Shown here: piece after piece, positions 47,085 to 56,381 of the stretch
Layout: every line of letters begins with the position of its first letter
How positions within the stretch are numbered: position 1 is the first letter of the stretch
Assembly: GCA_963707985.1 (NCBI GenBank)
Contig: CAVPRW010000008.1
Coordinates: forward strand, 32,001 to 96,000
From: an uncultured Nitrospinota bacterium
GTDB taxonomy: Bacteria; Tectomicrobia; Entotheonellia; J063; CAVPRW01
Reading direction: 5' to 3'
DNA: 64,000 bases
Translations under genes and position numbers: made by a program
Notes under the pieces: generated by a model
What the model saw: only the letters and a program-made list of their open reading frames with translations
What the model was told of the DNA's origin: nothing
The model's database searches: none

Positions 47085-47810
47085 ATGCTGCAAGCGAAGG
47101 GAGTGTTTCGTATGAGGGCAGCCCGCCGATCTGGATATCGAGGTAGGTGGTTATGGGGGATTGTCATATACTGTTTTGTGCTGCTAGCCTGCTGGCAAGC
47201 CCCGAGACTGGAGGGGGGAATAAAGGGGAATGAGCGAGATTACCCACAGACGCGAGCCAGTATCACCGTCGAGAGGGGTCAATTGTCTGTACACCTCAGA
47301 CAGGCCGATCTTCAAGCAGTTCTAGCGCAGATCGGAGAGCAGGCGGGAATCACCATCGTCATGGATCCCAAAGACCACAGGACGATCACTGCGGAGCTCA
47401 CGAATGTAGAATTGGAAGACGGCATTCGCCGCCTGCTGCGGGGCGCCTCACTCAGCCATACAATCCTCTACACGCGGGAAGCTGGAGGGGCAGTTGCCAT
47501 CAAAGAAGTCCGTGTGCTCGGGGAAGAGAGTGGTGGCGAGCCGCTCGAACCGGCCGTCGCCAAAGCCAATGGGAATACAAAGGGGGACAACGTTGTCTCG
47601 CATACTGCGCCTCCCCTGACGCAAACCCCAGAGGATTCCCCCCCCCCAGCAGGAGCTGAGCAGAATGATGCCGCCGCGAGCTTGCAAGAGGTTTTCGAGC
47701 TTGCGCGGCGGAGAGCTCCGCAGGAAGCATCTCCTGCCGCAGAAGGGAAGGAAGACGACGTGGTTGGTGCGTTCCGAAACCTCCTTCAGCAGCAGCCTCA
47801 TGAGAGGTAA
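47085..47810 (+). CDS. Membrane-anchored or exported protein with a secretin N0/STN-like domain and no beta-barrel
   Basis: N-terminal hydrophobic segment, LSVHLRQADLQAVLAQIGEQAGITIV..ITAELTNVELEDGIRRLL, then a low-complexity tail. Confidence 0.65.
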   Translation: MLQAKGVFRMRAARRSGYRGRWLWGIVIYCFVLLACWQAPRLEGGIKGNERDYPQTRASITVERGQLSVHLRQADLQAVLAQIGEQAGITIVMDPKDHRTITAELTNVELEDGIRRLLRGASLSHTILYTREAGGAVAIKEVRVLGEESGGEPLEPAVAKANGNTKGDNVVSHTAPPLTQTPEDSPPPAGAEQNDAAASLQEVFELARRRAPQEASPAAEGKEDDVVGAFRNLLQQQPHER

Positions 47811-48199
47811 CGTGTTGCGGTGGAAGGCGTGAAACGCAGGTTGAGTTTGCCCTTGCAGTAGTCCCTCCTCCCGCGCTTGCAACTCTGGTCACCATACTTT
47901 GAATACCAATCTGGCCTGTGGCGCTTTTCTACCATGCTGGTCTACCTGATGACGCCTCCGCCCATCAGCGGAGATTCAGGAAAGGACCAGATTGGGCGCC
48001 ACTAATGATCTAACTCCTCCAGACGGGATCAGATCGTGGTAAAACCTGCGCGGAGACTGGCAGGTGGGCGCATGGCAGCCGTGACACCCTCTATAACTTG
48101 CAGGTGAGGCGCAAGTCAGTGCGTGGGATTGTCGCCATGAAGGCAATCTGAGATTATTGGATATCAGCGCACCAACTTCGGTTTGGGGAGAGAATAGAG

Positions 48200-48757
48200 A
48201 TGCGAAAAGGCATAGTGGCTATCGGGGTTCTTCTTGTCCTCTGGGGGAGGGGCGCATTTGCGGCGGAGGGGGAGCAGATCTTGGCGCAAGTCGGGGAGGA
48301 GGTGATCACTGTGCAGGAGTTCCTGGCGCTTGTCTCAGTCATCCCTGCGCTGACTCCGCAGGGAGATGTGGAGGCAGGGAAACGCAAGCTGCTCGAGGGT
48401 CTAATCAGCCAACTCCTCTTCGCAAGAGGGGCCGTGGAGCTGGCGCTGGATCAGGATGCTAGCGTCAAAACCCAACTGAAGCAGACGCAGGTGAGCATCC
48501 TCGCCCAAGCATATCTGAAACGGCAGGCCGCCGACAGAATCGCCATCAGCGACCAGGAGGTCGGGGAGTACTTTGAAGCTCACCGCAGTGATTTCCATGG
48601 CCAGGCGATCAAGGACGTTGAGGGATCGATCAGGGCGAAGCTTACCCAAGATGCGATGGGGGAGATCATCCAGAAGGCCCGGACGGAGCTCAGCCAGAGG
48701 GCAAAGGTGACGATCAATGATCGACTACTCCAGGAGCTGCCCCTTCCTTCGCGCTAG
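48200..48757 (+). CDS. SurA-N/PrsA-like exported chaperone lacking a parvulin domain
   Basis: Signal peptide, ILAQVGEEVIT..EF, LLEGLISQLL, ISDQEV..YFEAH and KVTIND motifs. Confidence 0.75.
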   Translation: MRKGIVAIGVLLVLWGRGAFAAEGEQILAQVGEEVITVQEFLALVSVIPALTPQGDVEAGKRKLLEGLISQLLFARGAVELALDQDASVKTQLKQTQVSILAQAYLKRQAADRIAISDQEVGEYFEAHRSDFHGQAIKDVEGSIRAKLTQDAMGEIIQKARTELSQRAKVTINDRLLQELPLPSR

Positions 48758-48792
48758 CGCGTCTCGACGCCTCTGGACTCCGCGGGATCCCG

Positions 48793-48975
48793 ATCACCTC
48801 TGCTTGGTCGGACAGCTTCACCGGATTGCTCCCGAACATGCGGTGGGGATTTGGCAAGCTCCACGTCGCCTCCGCTATAGTCCCGACAAACCTCCGGATC
48901 ACGCTCTCGGCCAACGAGAGCATCTTCACCACCGGTCAGACCATGCTTCTCAGCGTCGCGTCTCAGCCTGGTGAA
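48793..48975 (+). pseudogene. S8 protease tail plus the start of the shared C-terminal domain
   Basis: SDSFTGLLPNMRWGFGKLHV followed by ITLSANESIFTTGQTMLLSV. Confidence 0.55.
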
Positions 48976-49039
48976 TGCCCAGCACTAGTCATCATGCGGT
49001 GCTGCTGGGCGAGCTGCTGGCGCACACCGAGTATTTGGA

Positions 49040-49208
49040 GGCCTCCATGGCGGTGGGCCACAGCATCCTGGCCGCCGCGTACCACATGCTGCGGGATAGG
49101 GTTTCGTATAGGATCTCGGCCCAGAAGCATTTTGATCTCCTCGCCACCGACCGGCTCACGCACCATTATGTGCATCGCCTGGAACAACTCGGCCACCGTG
49201 TCACGTGA
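49040..49208 (+). pseudogene. IS110-family transposase C-terminal remnant
   Basis: AVGHSIL.AAYHML..V.Y...F....LT..YV.RLEQLGH.V pattern. Confidence 0.7.
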
Positions 49209-49434
49209 CACCCAGGGGCCGACATCGCGCAAAAAGGTCATTCGAGCTTTTTGGAGAATTTCAGAATGCCAGCCGGATTTTTGTTGACAATAATGTGGAT
49301 ATTGTTGTATATGCTGACAATATGTCCAGTCTTGAATGCCGTTCATGCTCGCGTGGGCTGTCGTGGGTGACGGGTTTTCGCGGTCGTTGTCGTTGAGGAG
49401 GAATTCCTCAAAGGTGCCCCAATGTTTCCGCTTT

Positions 49435-49629
49435 AACATTGAGGCCTATCGGGAGGAGTTCCAAGGGAGAACCATGCAGAAGGTCGGGCCTGAGATCAGG
49501 GCGAAGCCCACATGGGAGGCGATGGCCGACTTCCTGAAGAAGGTGAGGGCAGAACAGGCAAAGCGGGAGGATTTGATGATTGACGAGAGGCTCTTGAAGG
49601 AGGTTTCCATTGCTCTTTCGCCGAGGTAG
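49435..49629 (+). pseudogene. C-terminal half of a paralog of the 48200 SurA-like gene
   Basis: EAYREEFQG....V..EIRAK.T.EAM...IDERLLKE aligns with EAHRSDFHG....V..SIRAK.T.DAM...INDRLLQE. Confidence 0.7.
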
Positions 49630-49730
49630 GTTAGTAGCTCTTCGCTGTAGGCCCTCGACGCCTCGATCCCACGCGATCGAGAGCGAAAGGGGACCAGGTG
49701 CTCAACGTTGCTGCTAAGGGAGAACAGGCC

Positions 49731-50222
49731 ATGAAGAAGCTCGTTGTTGTTGGAATGCTTATGGCGCTAGCCATCGCTCCGGTCGCCAATGCTTTTGCCC
49801 AATCAAACGCTCCTCAGCTACCCGAAGGGTTCAATCCCCAGATTACCCCAGAGCTTACTTGGCTAGAATTTTTTCTGCTCGCACCTACCGTCACCACGAG
49901 CACTCTGTCGTTGAGTTTCATTCTAGCTGTCAATAATTTCACCAATGCCCAGCAGCAGATCTCCATCTTCACGAAGACACTCAGTGGATCGAACTTCCAG
50001 AGGCAAGATACATACGGTCCTCGCGAGACGAAGTTCTTCTCAGCGGGACAGGTCGCATGCCCCACCTCTGGAGGTGGCGATGTCTGCACGCTCACTTTAT
50101 CTGCGCCACAGACGGGGCCGACATGCTTTGTCATCTTTGACAGCCTTCTGATCATTCTTGATCAAGCTCGTGGGGGAGAGATTGTGGCGATCCTCCCTCC
50201 ATCCTTCCCCCAATGCCAATAG
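49731..50222 (+). CDS. Exported hypothetical protein, beta-rich with 4 Cys
   Basis: RBS, signal peptide ending AFA-Q, intact ORF. Confidence 0.75.
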   Translation: MKKLVVVGMLMALAIAPVANAFAQSNAPQLPEGFNPQITPELTWLEFFLLAPTVTTSTLSLSFILAVNNFTNAQQQISIFTKTLSGSNFQRQDTYGPRETKFFSAGQVACPTSGGGDVCTLTLSAPQTGPTCFVIFDSLLIILDQARGGEIVAILPPSFPQCQ

Positions 50223-50252
50223 CTCTCTCCTAATCCGAGCCAGCGATAACCT

Positions 50253-50281
50253 AGGAGCGGCCTCTGCAGGAGGCCGCTCCT
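50253..50281 (+). terminator. Intergenic hairpin (terminator or mRNA-stabilising stem)
   Basis: AGGAGCGGCCTC-N5-GAGGCCGCTCCT. Weak U tail. Confidence 0.5.
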
Positions 50282-50306
50282 TCCTCAGGTTCTAAGGAGA
50301 GGTTTG

Positions 50307-50696
50307 ATGAAGGGACCTGTGTTAGCGATAGGCCTAGTGCTCTTCCTGACAGTGGCGAGTATGGCTTTAGCGCAGGCACAACAAGAGCCTCAGCCTGGGG
50401 GCAGCGGCCCTCAGCTGAAGCTCCCAGAGGGCATGGGTGGTGCCGGGTCTTACGGCCAGTTGCTGGGGCTCCTTGGTCAGAAATCGAGGGCGACCTCCCC
50501 CGCTGACCCCTCCAATACCGTTTATCCAATGTTTCAGCTCTTCGGCCCGGATATACGGCCTGGTTTTTGGGCTGATCCTGAGGCGGCGGGAAACACCTTG
50601 GTCCTTCAGGGAGAGTTGATGGTGCGGATGGGTGAGATCCTGATTAAGAACGGCCGAGCGCTGCTCGACAAGGCTGCTGAGAAGCAGGGCAAGTGA
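50307..50696 (+). CDS. Exported hypothetical protein
   Basis: RBS AAGGAG, signal peptide ending ALA-Q, helical C-terminus. Confidence 0.75.
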   Translation: MKGPVLAIGLVLFLTVASMALAQAQQEPQPGGSGPQLKLPEGMGGAGSYGQLLGLLGQKSRATSPADPSNTVYPMFQLFGPDIRPGFWADPEAAGNTLVLQGELMVRMGEILIKNGRALLDKAAEKQGK

Positions 50697-51032
50697 GGGT
50701 TGGGAGCACCGGTCATTAATCCTTCCTACCTGCGTCCCATTGGGTATGTCACCGTTCCCATCTCGTCTCAGTCGCCCAGAGGTCAGTGCTGAGCCCTTAC
50801 CCCGTAGGGGGACTTATCCGCCATCACTGCTATAGCTCTGTCGAAAAAGACTCCAGGCCCCAGTGCGATGACAACCAAAGTTATATTTGGGGGCTTTTGC
50901 CTTGTTTCGTTGCCCTCTCCTCGCGGTGGGGGGAAGAAAAGCAGGAGGAAGCTGCAAAGGCGGTGGAGCCCAGCACCTGCTCGTCTGCCTGGCGATAGCT
51001 TGGATCTTGGCAATCGTAGCGCTGGAGGGAAC

Positions 51033-52850
51033 ATGAACGTTAGAGACGGCGCTCTCGCCCTGTGGGTGATTCTGATGTCGACTGTGGCTGTGTGGATTCA
51101 GCCAGCCCTGGCCGCTGCAGCGTCCGAGCCGGTGCATATCGAGCCTGCGCTGATCACGGCACTGACGCAGGGGGGTGAAGCCAGATATCTGGTATATCTG
51201 CGGGAACAAGGGGCCTTAGCGGGGGCTGAGGCGATCCTCGACCGCGCTGCCCGTGGACGGTTTGTCTATGGGGCGCTGAAGGAGGTCGCCGACCGTACTC
51301 AAGCACCTCTGCTGGCCTACCTCGCGGCCGAGGCCCAGGCAGGACGAGCGCGGGAGATCAGGTCGTTCTTCAGCGCCAATGTCCTCGCGGTGATTTCCGC
51401 TGAACCTACCCTGCGAGGACTGGCCAGATTTCCAGAAGTTGAACGAATCATCAGTGCCCCCATTTTACACATCCCCGAGCCTCGCCTGGATGTGGAGCAG
51501 TCCCAGGTGCAGGGGGTGGAGTGGAATATCGCCAAGATCCGCGCGCCCGACGTGTGGGCAAAGGGAGTGTTCGGGCAAGGGATAGTGGTGGCCAGCATCG
51601 ATACAGGGGTGCAGTTCACACATCCGGCACTGGTGAGGCAATACCGAGGAAATCTCGGTGGTGGCAATGTCGATCACAATTACAACTGGTGGGATCCCTC
51701 CAAGATCTGCGGTAACCCCAGTACGATGCCATGCGATCAGGATCAAGCTGGGCAACCGGTCGGCCATGGGACTTACACGATGGGCATCATGGTGGGCGAC
51801 GATGGGGGAGCCAACAAGATCGGCGTGGCCCCCCAAGCCAAGTGGCTCACGTGTAAGGGGTGCGAGGGCAGCTCCTGTTCGAGTATTGCGCTGCTCGAAT
51901 GTGGGGATTTCATCCTGGCCCCCTGGGATCTGAACATGGCCAATCCCGACCCCAGCAAGCGTCCTCACATCGTGAACAACTCTTGGGGAGGTGACGGCGG
52001 AGATTCCTTCTACCGGCGCACGGTTCAGAGCTGGCGGGCAGCCGGGATTTTCCCGGCCTTCTCCAGCGGCAACGGAGGCCCCTTCTGCTCTACCGCTGGG
52101 TCACCGGGGGATTACCCTGAAACGTTTTCCAGCGGTGCGACCGATGTCTTCGATACCATTGCCGATTTCAGCAGCCGAGGGCCCTCGCTCTTCGGGGTGA
52201 CGAAGCCCGATATCGCTGTCCCGGGAGTGCACGTGCGCTCAAGTGTGCCGACTAACAGCTACGTTGCCGCGAGTGGGACTTCAGCTGCCTCGCCTCATAC
52301 TGCGGGGACGGTGGCCTTGCTGTGGTCCTTCTTTCCCGGGCTCAGCCGAGATATCCCCAGCACCGAGAAAAAATTGCGTTCGACAGCAGTGATCTTCAAC
52401 ACGACCTTTGGCTGCGGGGGAGACAATGCGACGTCGCATCCTAATAACGACTTCGGCTGGGGCAGGGTTGATGCGTTTCGAGCCTACACACCCGTGAATA
52501 TCTATACGGACCGTTCAGTGTATCGGGCGGGCGACACGATGGCGGTTCGCCTGTCATTAGTGAATCCACTGAATACCTCAGTAAAGGTGGACGTATATGT
52601 AGCCCTGCAATTTCCTAGCGGGCAGCTCCTCTTCCTCGGCGGTGGCGGAACTGCTCCGACGCCGCTGGTAACCGATGTCATCATTGATCCATCATTGGAG
52701 GTGTTCGATGTCAATCTATTCACCTACACATTCGGGGGCGAGCCCACGGGTAATTATACATGGTTTGCACTGTTGACCCCTGCGGGGGCAAATCCCTTCG
52801 ATTCATCCCGTTGGCTCACCTTGGATCTGACACCATTCATAAAGCAATAG
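51033..52850 (+). CDS. Secreted S8 subtilase (bacillopeptidase F-like) with a C-terminal beta domain
   Basis: Signal peptide, propeptide, triad motifs SIDTG / GHGTYTMG / SGTSAASPH, and FSSRGP. Confidence 0.93.
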   Translation: MNVRDGALALWVILMSTVAVWIQPALAAAASEPVHIEPALITALTQGGEARYLVYLREQGALAGAEAILDRAARGRFVYGALKEVADRTQAPLLAYLAAEAQAGRAREIRSFFSANVLAVISAEPTLRGLARFPEVERIISAPILHIPEPRLDVEQSQVQGVEWNIAKIRAPDVWAKGVFGQGIVVASIDTGVQFTHPALVRQYRGNLGGGNVDHNYNWWDPSKICGNPSTMPCDQDQAGQPVGHGTYTMGIMVGDDGGANKIGVAPQAKWLTCKGCEGSSCSSIALLECGDFILAPWDLNMANPDPSKRPHIVNNSWGGDGGDSFYRRTVQSWRAAGIFPAFSSGNGGPFCSTAGSPGDYPETFSSGATDVFDTIADFSSRGPSLFGVTKPDIAVPGVHVRSSVPTNSYVAASGTSAASPHTAGTVALLWSFFPGLSRDIPSTEKKLRSTAVIFNTTFGCGGDNATSHPNNDFGWGRVDAFRAYTPVNIYTDRSVYRAGDTMAVRLSLVNPLNTSVKVDVYVALQFPSGQLLFLGGGGTAPTPLVTDVIIDPSLEVFDVNLFTYTFGGEPTGNYTWFALLTPAGANPFDSSRWLTLDLTPFIKQ

Positions 52851-52985
52851 CCTCTTAAGCGTCTCTCGGGGTTTTCACCAGATGGCCCCGCCTGTTTCCA
52901 ACACGTCCTCCCCAAGCCAGGAGAGTTCCCGTATCTCGCAGAATCATTTACCCAGGAGGCGAGTCCAAGAAGCTTCGTCGTCACC

Positions 52986-54128
52986 TCACTCCACAAATGG
53001 ATGCTCAGTGCTGAGGATGATCTCAGCCACTTCTGGACGGATGAGACCGTCGGGGGCCCGGCGTTCGGTGAGCAATCGACGCAACAGGCTGCCGCTAAAG
53101 TCGAGATGCTCCTCAGGCGCCGTGCGGGCAGGTTTTCTCGTTGGCGACGCTGACGCATCTGCGACAGTAAAAGAAGGCGGTAAAGAACAGCGGCGTGATG
53201 CCGAGGTCGGGGAATTCCTCGAAAATCTCCTGCGCGGCATAGGGAGCGTAAAACTCGTCCGACGCCAGCATGATCCCGGCCAACGATGAAGTGGGTACAG
53301 CCGAAATTTTTCCGCACAATGGCATGAAAGATGGCTTCCCGTGGGCCTGCATAGCGCATCTCGGTGTGCAAGGTAGCCAGCACCACACGCTCCGCCGGGT
53401 AGTAGTGACGCACGAGAGCCTCGTATGTCCCCAGAATGACCTCGTCTCGGAAGTCTCCTGTCTTCTTGCGCCCGATCACTGGGTTCAGAAAAATGCCATC
53501 CACGAACGTAAGCGCCGTCTTTTGCACGTATTCATGTCCCAGATGCGGCACATTCCGCGTCTGAAAGCCCACCACCGTGCGCCAGCCTTTCGTCGTGAAT
53601 AGCTCGCGTGTTTCTCGCGGTGTCAGACGATAACTGGCAAATGGGGACTCGACCTCAGCCAGAACCGTAACCGTCCCCCCCAGGAGTACTTCCCCCAGGT
53701 CGAACACATGGGCAACGCCAGGATGCTTGACGATCTTCCGTGCCAAATACCTGTTTGGCGTATGCCTGGCGATCGTAGCGATAAGGGCTGACCTCTGACA
53801 ATAGCGCCAGGGGCTGCCCAGCATACCAGAGGCCAACATCTTTTCCGAGGCTACTGACTTGCTTGGCCGACACGTCGAGGACGATAGGAATCGTCCAGGG
53901 CGCGCCGTTTGTCAAACGCTTCTCATAGAGTGTGGCGCGGAAATCTTCTGAGCCCATGAACCCCTCTAGTGGGCTGAAGGCGCCGATGCCCAGGTTCCAG
54001 ACGTCGCTGGCGATCTCAGGGCTAATGTCGAGCCGTGGTAACCGCTTCACGTCATCCAACAAGCGGTCCCGCTCGGGGTCTTGTGACATGCGCTGAATCA
54101 AGCGTCCCCCGTGTGGTTTGGACAGCAC
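52986..54128 (-). CDS. sat: Sulfate adenylyltransferase (frameshifted)
   Basis: [31 protein letters not shown] and FIVGRDHAG motifs. Confidence 0.93.
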
Positions 54129-54434
54129 CGCTGCTCCTTTCCGTGATCCCATCTTGGGAAGCCTACCAGAAACACGCCTACCTTTCTGCGTCTGTGCGAT
54201 CAAACGGTCTGCTCGCTGAGTCACCAGAGGCGAAGAATGTGGCATGCCTGGCTCACTGTAACACAGGGGGAAGTGGGCCTGCAACCGATGCTCCAGGCCG
54301 GTTGCCAAGTTCAGAAGGCCATGCTATATCTGTGACGCGACGCATGCATCTTGGTGCTTGCAGTGTGGGTACGTACCTTTCCTAAGCGTATGAGGAAAGG
54401 AGCCGAAGTTGGTTCACAGAAAGGGGGCACAGCC

Positions 54435-55028
54435 ATGAGGGGGTTGCGTACAACTGTCAGCACGATGCCGCGAGAACGTGTGCCTCCCGGTCAAACACGC
54501 ACCACCAAGTTCCCAATTCTACATGTCAGCGACCCCCCTGTATTTAATCCACACACCTGGACGCTGAAAGTGGTAGGCGAGGTAGAACACCCGCTGACAC
54601 TGACCTGGGAGCAAGTGTTAGCGTTGCCAGCGATCACATCCGTCAGCGATTTTCATTGCGTCACGAGTTGGAGCCGTCTGGATAACCGCTGGGAAGGGAT
54701 CGCATTTCGGACACTTGCTGAAATGGTGCAACCGAAGCCACACGTGCAGTACGTGATCGGTGAGGATGACTGGGGCTATACCGCCAACCTCCCCTTGGAT
54801 GTGCTGATGGATGATGATGTGCTCCTCGCCTACAAGCACGATGGGCGTGACCTGGAGGCTGTGCACGGCGGGCCGCTGCGCCTGGTGGTGCCCAAGCGTT
54901 ATGCCTGGAAGTCCATCAAATGGCTGCGTGCTCTATATTTCCGCGAGCATGATGAGCCGGGGTTCTGGGAAGTACGCGGCTATAGCAATACCGCGGACCC
55001 GTGGACGGATGACCGTTATAGTGTTTAA
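54435..55028 (+). CDS. Sulfite-oxidase-like molybdopterin oxidoreductase (MsrP/YedY-like)
   Basis: RVPPGQ, DFHCVTSWS, HGGPLRLVVP.RYAWKSIKW and GFWE motifs. Confidence 0.9.
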   Translation: MRGLRTTVSTMPRERVPPGQTRTTKFPILHVSDPPVFNPHTWTLKVVGEVEHPLTLTWEQVLALPAITSVSDFHCVTSWSRLDNRWEGIAFRTLAEMVQPKPHVQYVIGEDDWGYTANLPLDVLMDDDVLLAYKHDGRDLEAVHGGPLRLVVPKRYAWKSIKWLRALYFREHDEPGFWEVRGYSNTADPWTDDRYSV

Positions 55029-55043
55029 AGTGGGTGCGACCAC

Positions 55044-55568
55044 ATGCTTCCGTTAACGCATGCGTTGATTGGACTTGGGTCGAACATGGGAGACCGCCTG
55101 CAATTCCTGCAGCGTGCCGTGATGCATCTCGACCAGAGCATCGGCATCCATGTCAGCGCCGTCTCCTCGGTATATGAGACCGCGCCTGTCGGTCCGGCCG
55201 CTCAGGTCTGGTTTTTGAACGCTGTGGTGGCGGTCGACACGAACTTGGACCCAGTCACTCTCCTGCAACAAACCCAGGCGATCGAACGTGCGCTCGGCCG
55301 CGAAACTACCTATCACTGGGGGCCTCGGACCATCGACCTGGATATCCTGCTCTACGGCGACACCCAGATCAAGACCGCGATTCTCACGATTCCCCATCCT
55401 GAGCTCTGCCAGCGCGCCTTTGTGATGGTTCCGTTGCTCGAACTTGCCCCAGGGCTTGTACTGCCGGACAGAACAGCGGTCAGCGCCTGTCTCTGCAGGC
55501 TCACCCCACCCCAGCAGGTCAGGCTCTTTGCTCCGGCAGCGGTGTTGGCGTCCTCATGTAGCCTGTAA
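55044..55568 (+). CDS. folK: 2-amino-4-hydroxy-6-hydroxymethyldihydropteridine pyrophosphokinase
   Basis: IGLGSNMG, FLNAV, WGPRTIDLDIL and IPHP motifs. Confidence 0.95.
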   Translation: MLPLTHALIGLGSNMGDRLQFLQRAVMHLDQSIGIHVSAVSSVYETAPVGPAAQVWFLNAVVAVDTNLDPVTLLQQTQAIERALGRETTYHWGPRTIDLDILLYGDTQIKTAILTIPHPELCQRAFVMVPLLELAPGLVLPDRTAVSACLCRLTPPQQVRLFAPAAVLASSCSL

Positions 55569-55613
55569 CGGCAGCTATCTCCACATGGGGCATGGCCGCC
55601 GTGGCTCTCCCGC

Positions 55614-56348
55614 TCACCCCAGCCTTGCCGCTGCCGCCTGCACGAAGGCGACAAACAAGCGCTGTGCCGCCTTGTCCTCTGCAAACAACCGCTCTGGGTG
55701 CCATTGTACACCGATGACAAAGGATCGGTCGGGGATTTCCACAGCCTCGATGACGCCATCGCGGGCGCTGGCGCTCACCACGGTCCCTTGCCCTGGCACC
55801 TTCACGGCTTGATGATGCAGGCTATTGACGCGTAGCTCCTGCAGGCCGAGGATACCAGCGAGGCGCGTCTCCGGGACGATATCGATGCTGTGGGCTGTTT
55901 CGGGGGACCCAGCATGCTTATACGCTTTGGGCACCTGCGATGGGATGTCCTGATACAGCGAGCCGCCAAGGGCGACATTCAGGACCTGAGCTCCCCCACA
56001 AATGCCAAACACCGGTAGCGCACGCGCCAGGGCGAGATGCACCAGCTGGATTTCAAAATCGGTGCGCAGCGGATTCACCGGTCCCAAGCGCTGCTGGGGT
56101 TCCTCACCGTAGTATGCGGGGTCAACATCAGCGGGGCTGCCAGGAATCAGAAGCCCGTGGAGAGGTTGTGCATAAGCGACGCGACCGTCCTCATCCCGTA
56201 TGGTGGGCAGCAGGACTGGTACCCCCCCAGCGACCAGGACTGCTTGGACATAGTCATCATACAGTACATGGACTTTCCGTCCTGGAGCCCTCGCGTCTCT
56301 TCCGGTGCCGAGGTCGAGATCGCAGGTAATGCCGATCATCGGTCGCAC
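55614..56348 (-). CDS. Gamma-glutamyl-gamma-aminobutyrate hydrolase family (peptidase C26)
   Basis: GICGGAQ, NSLHHQ and VQWHPE motifs. Confidence 0.92.
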   Translation of the reverse strand: MRPMIGITCDLDLGTGRDARAPGRKVHVLYDDYVQAVLVAGGVPVLLPTIRDEDGRVAYAQPLHGLLIPGSPADVDPAYYGEEPQQRLGPVNPLRTDFEIQLVHLALARALPVFGICGGAQVLNVALGGSLYQDIPSQVPKAYKHAGSPETAHSIDIVPETRLAGILGLQELRVNSLHHQAVKVPGQGTVVSASARDGVIEAVEIPDRSFVIGVQWHPERLFAEDKAAQRLFVAFVQAAAARLG

Positions 56349-56381
56349 AGTAACTCTCCTTTACCGGTGTGTCGGATCGGG

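Noticed and set aside
49040..49330. IS110 remnant as a source of a bridge RNA
   Set aside because: Only a short C-terminal scar remains, and I cannot see element ends or a supportable RNA structure.
52986..55028. sat plus sulfite-oxidase-like gene as a sulfur-oxidation or glycan-sulfation module
   Set aside because: No apr, cysC or sulfotransferase gene is in the window, and both genes are common on their own.
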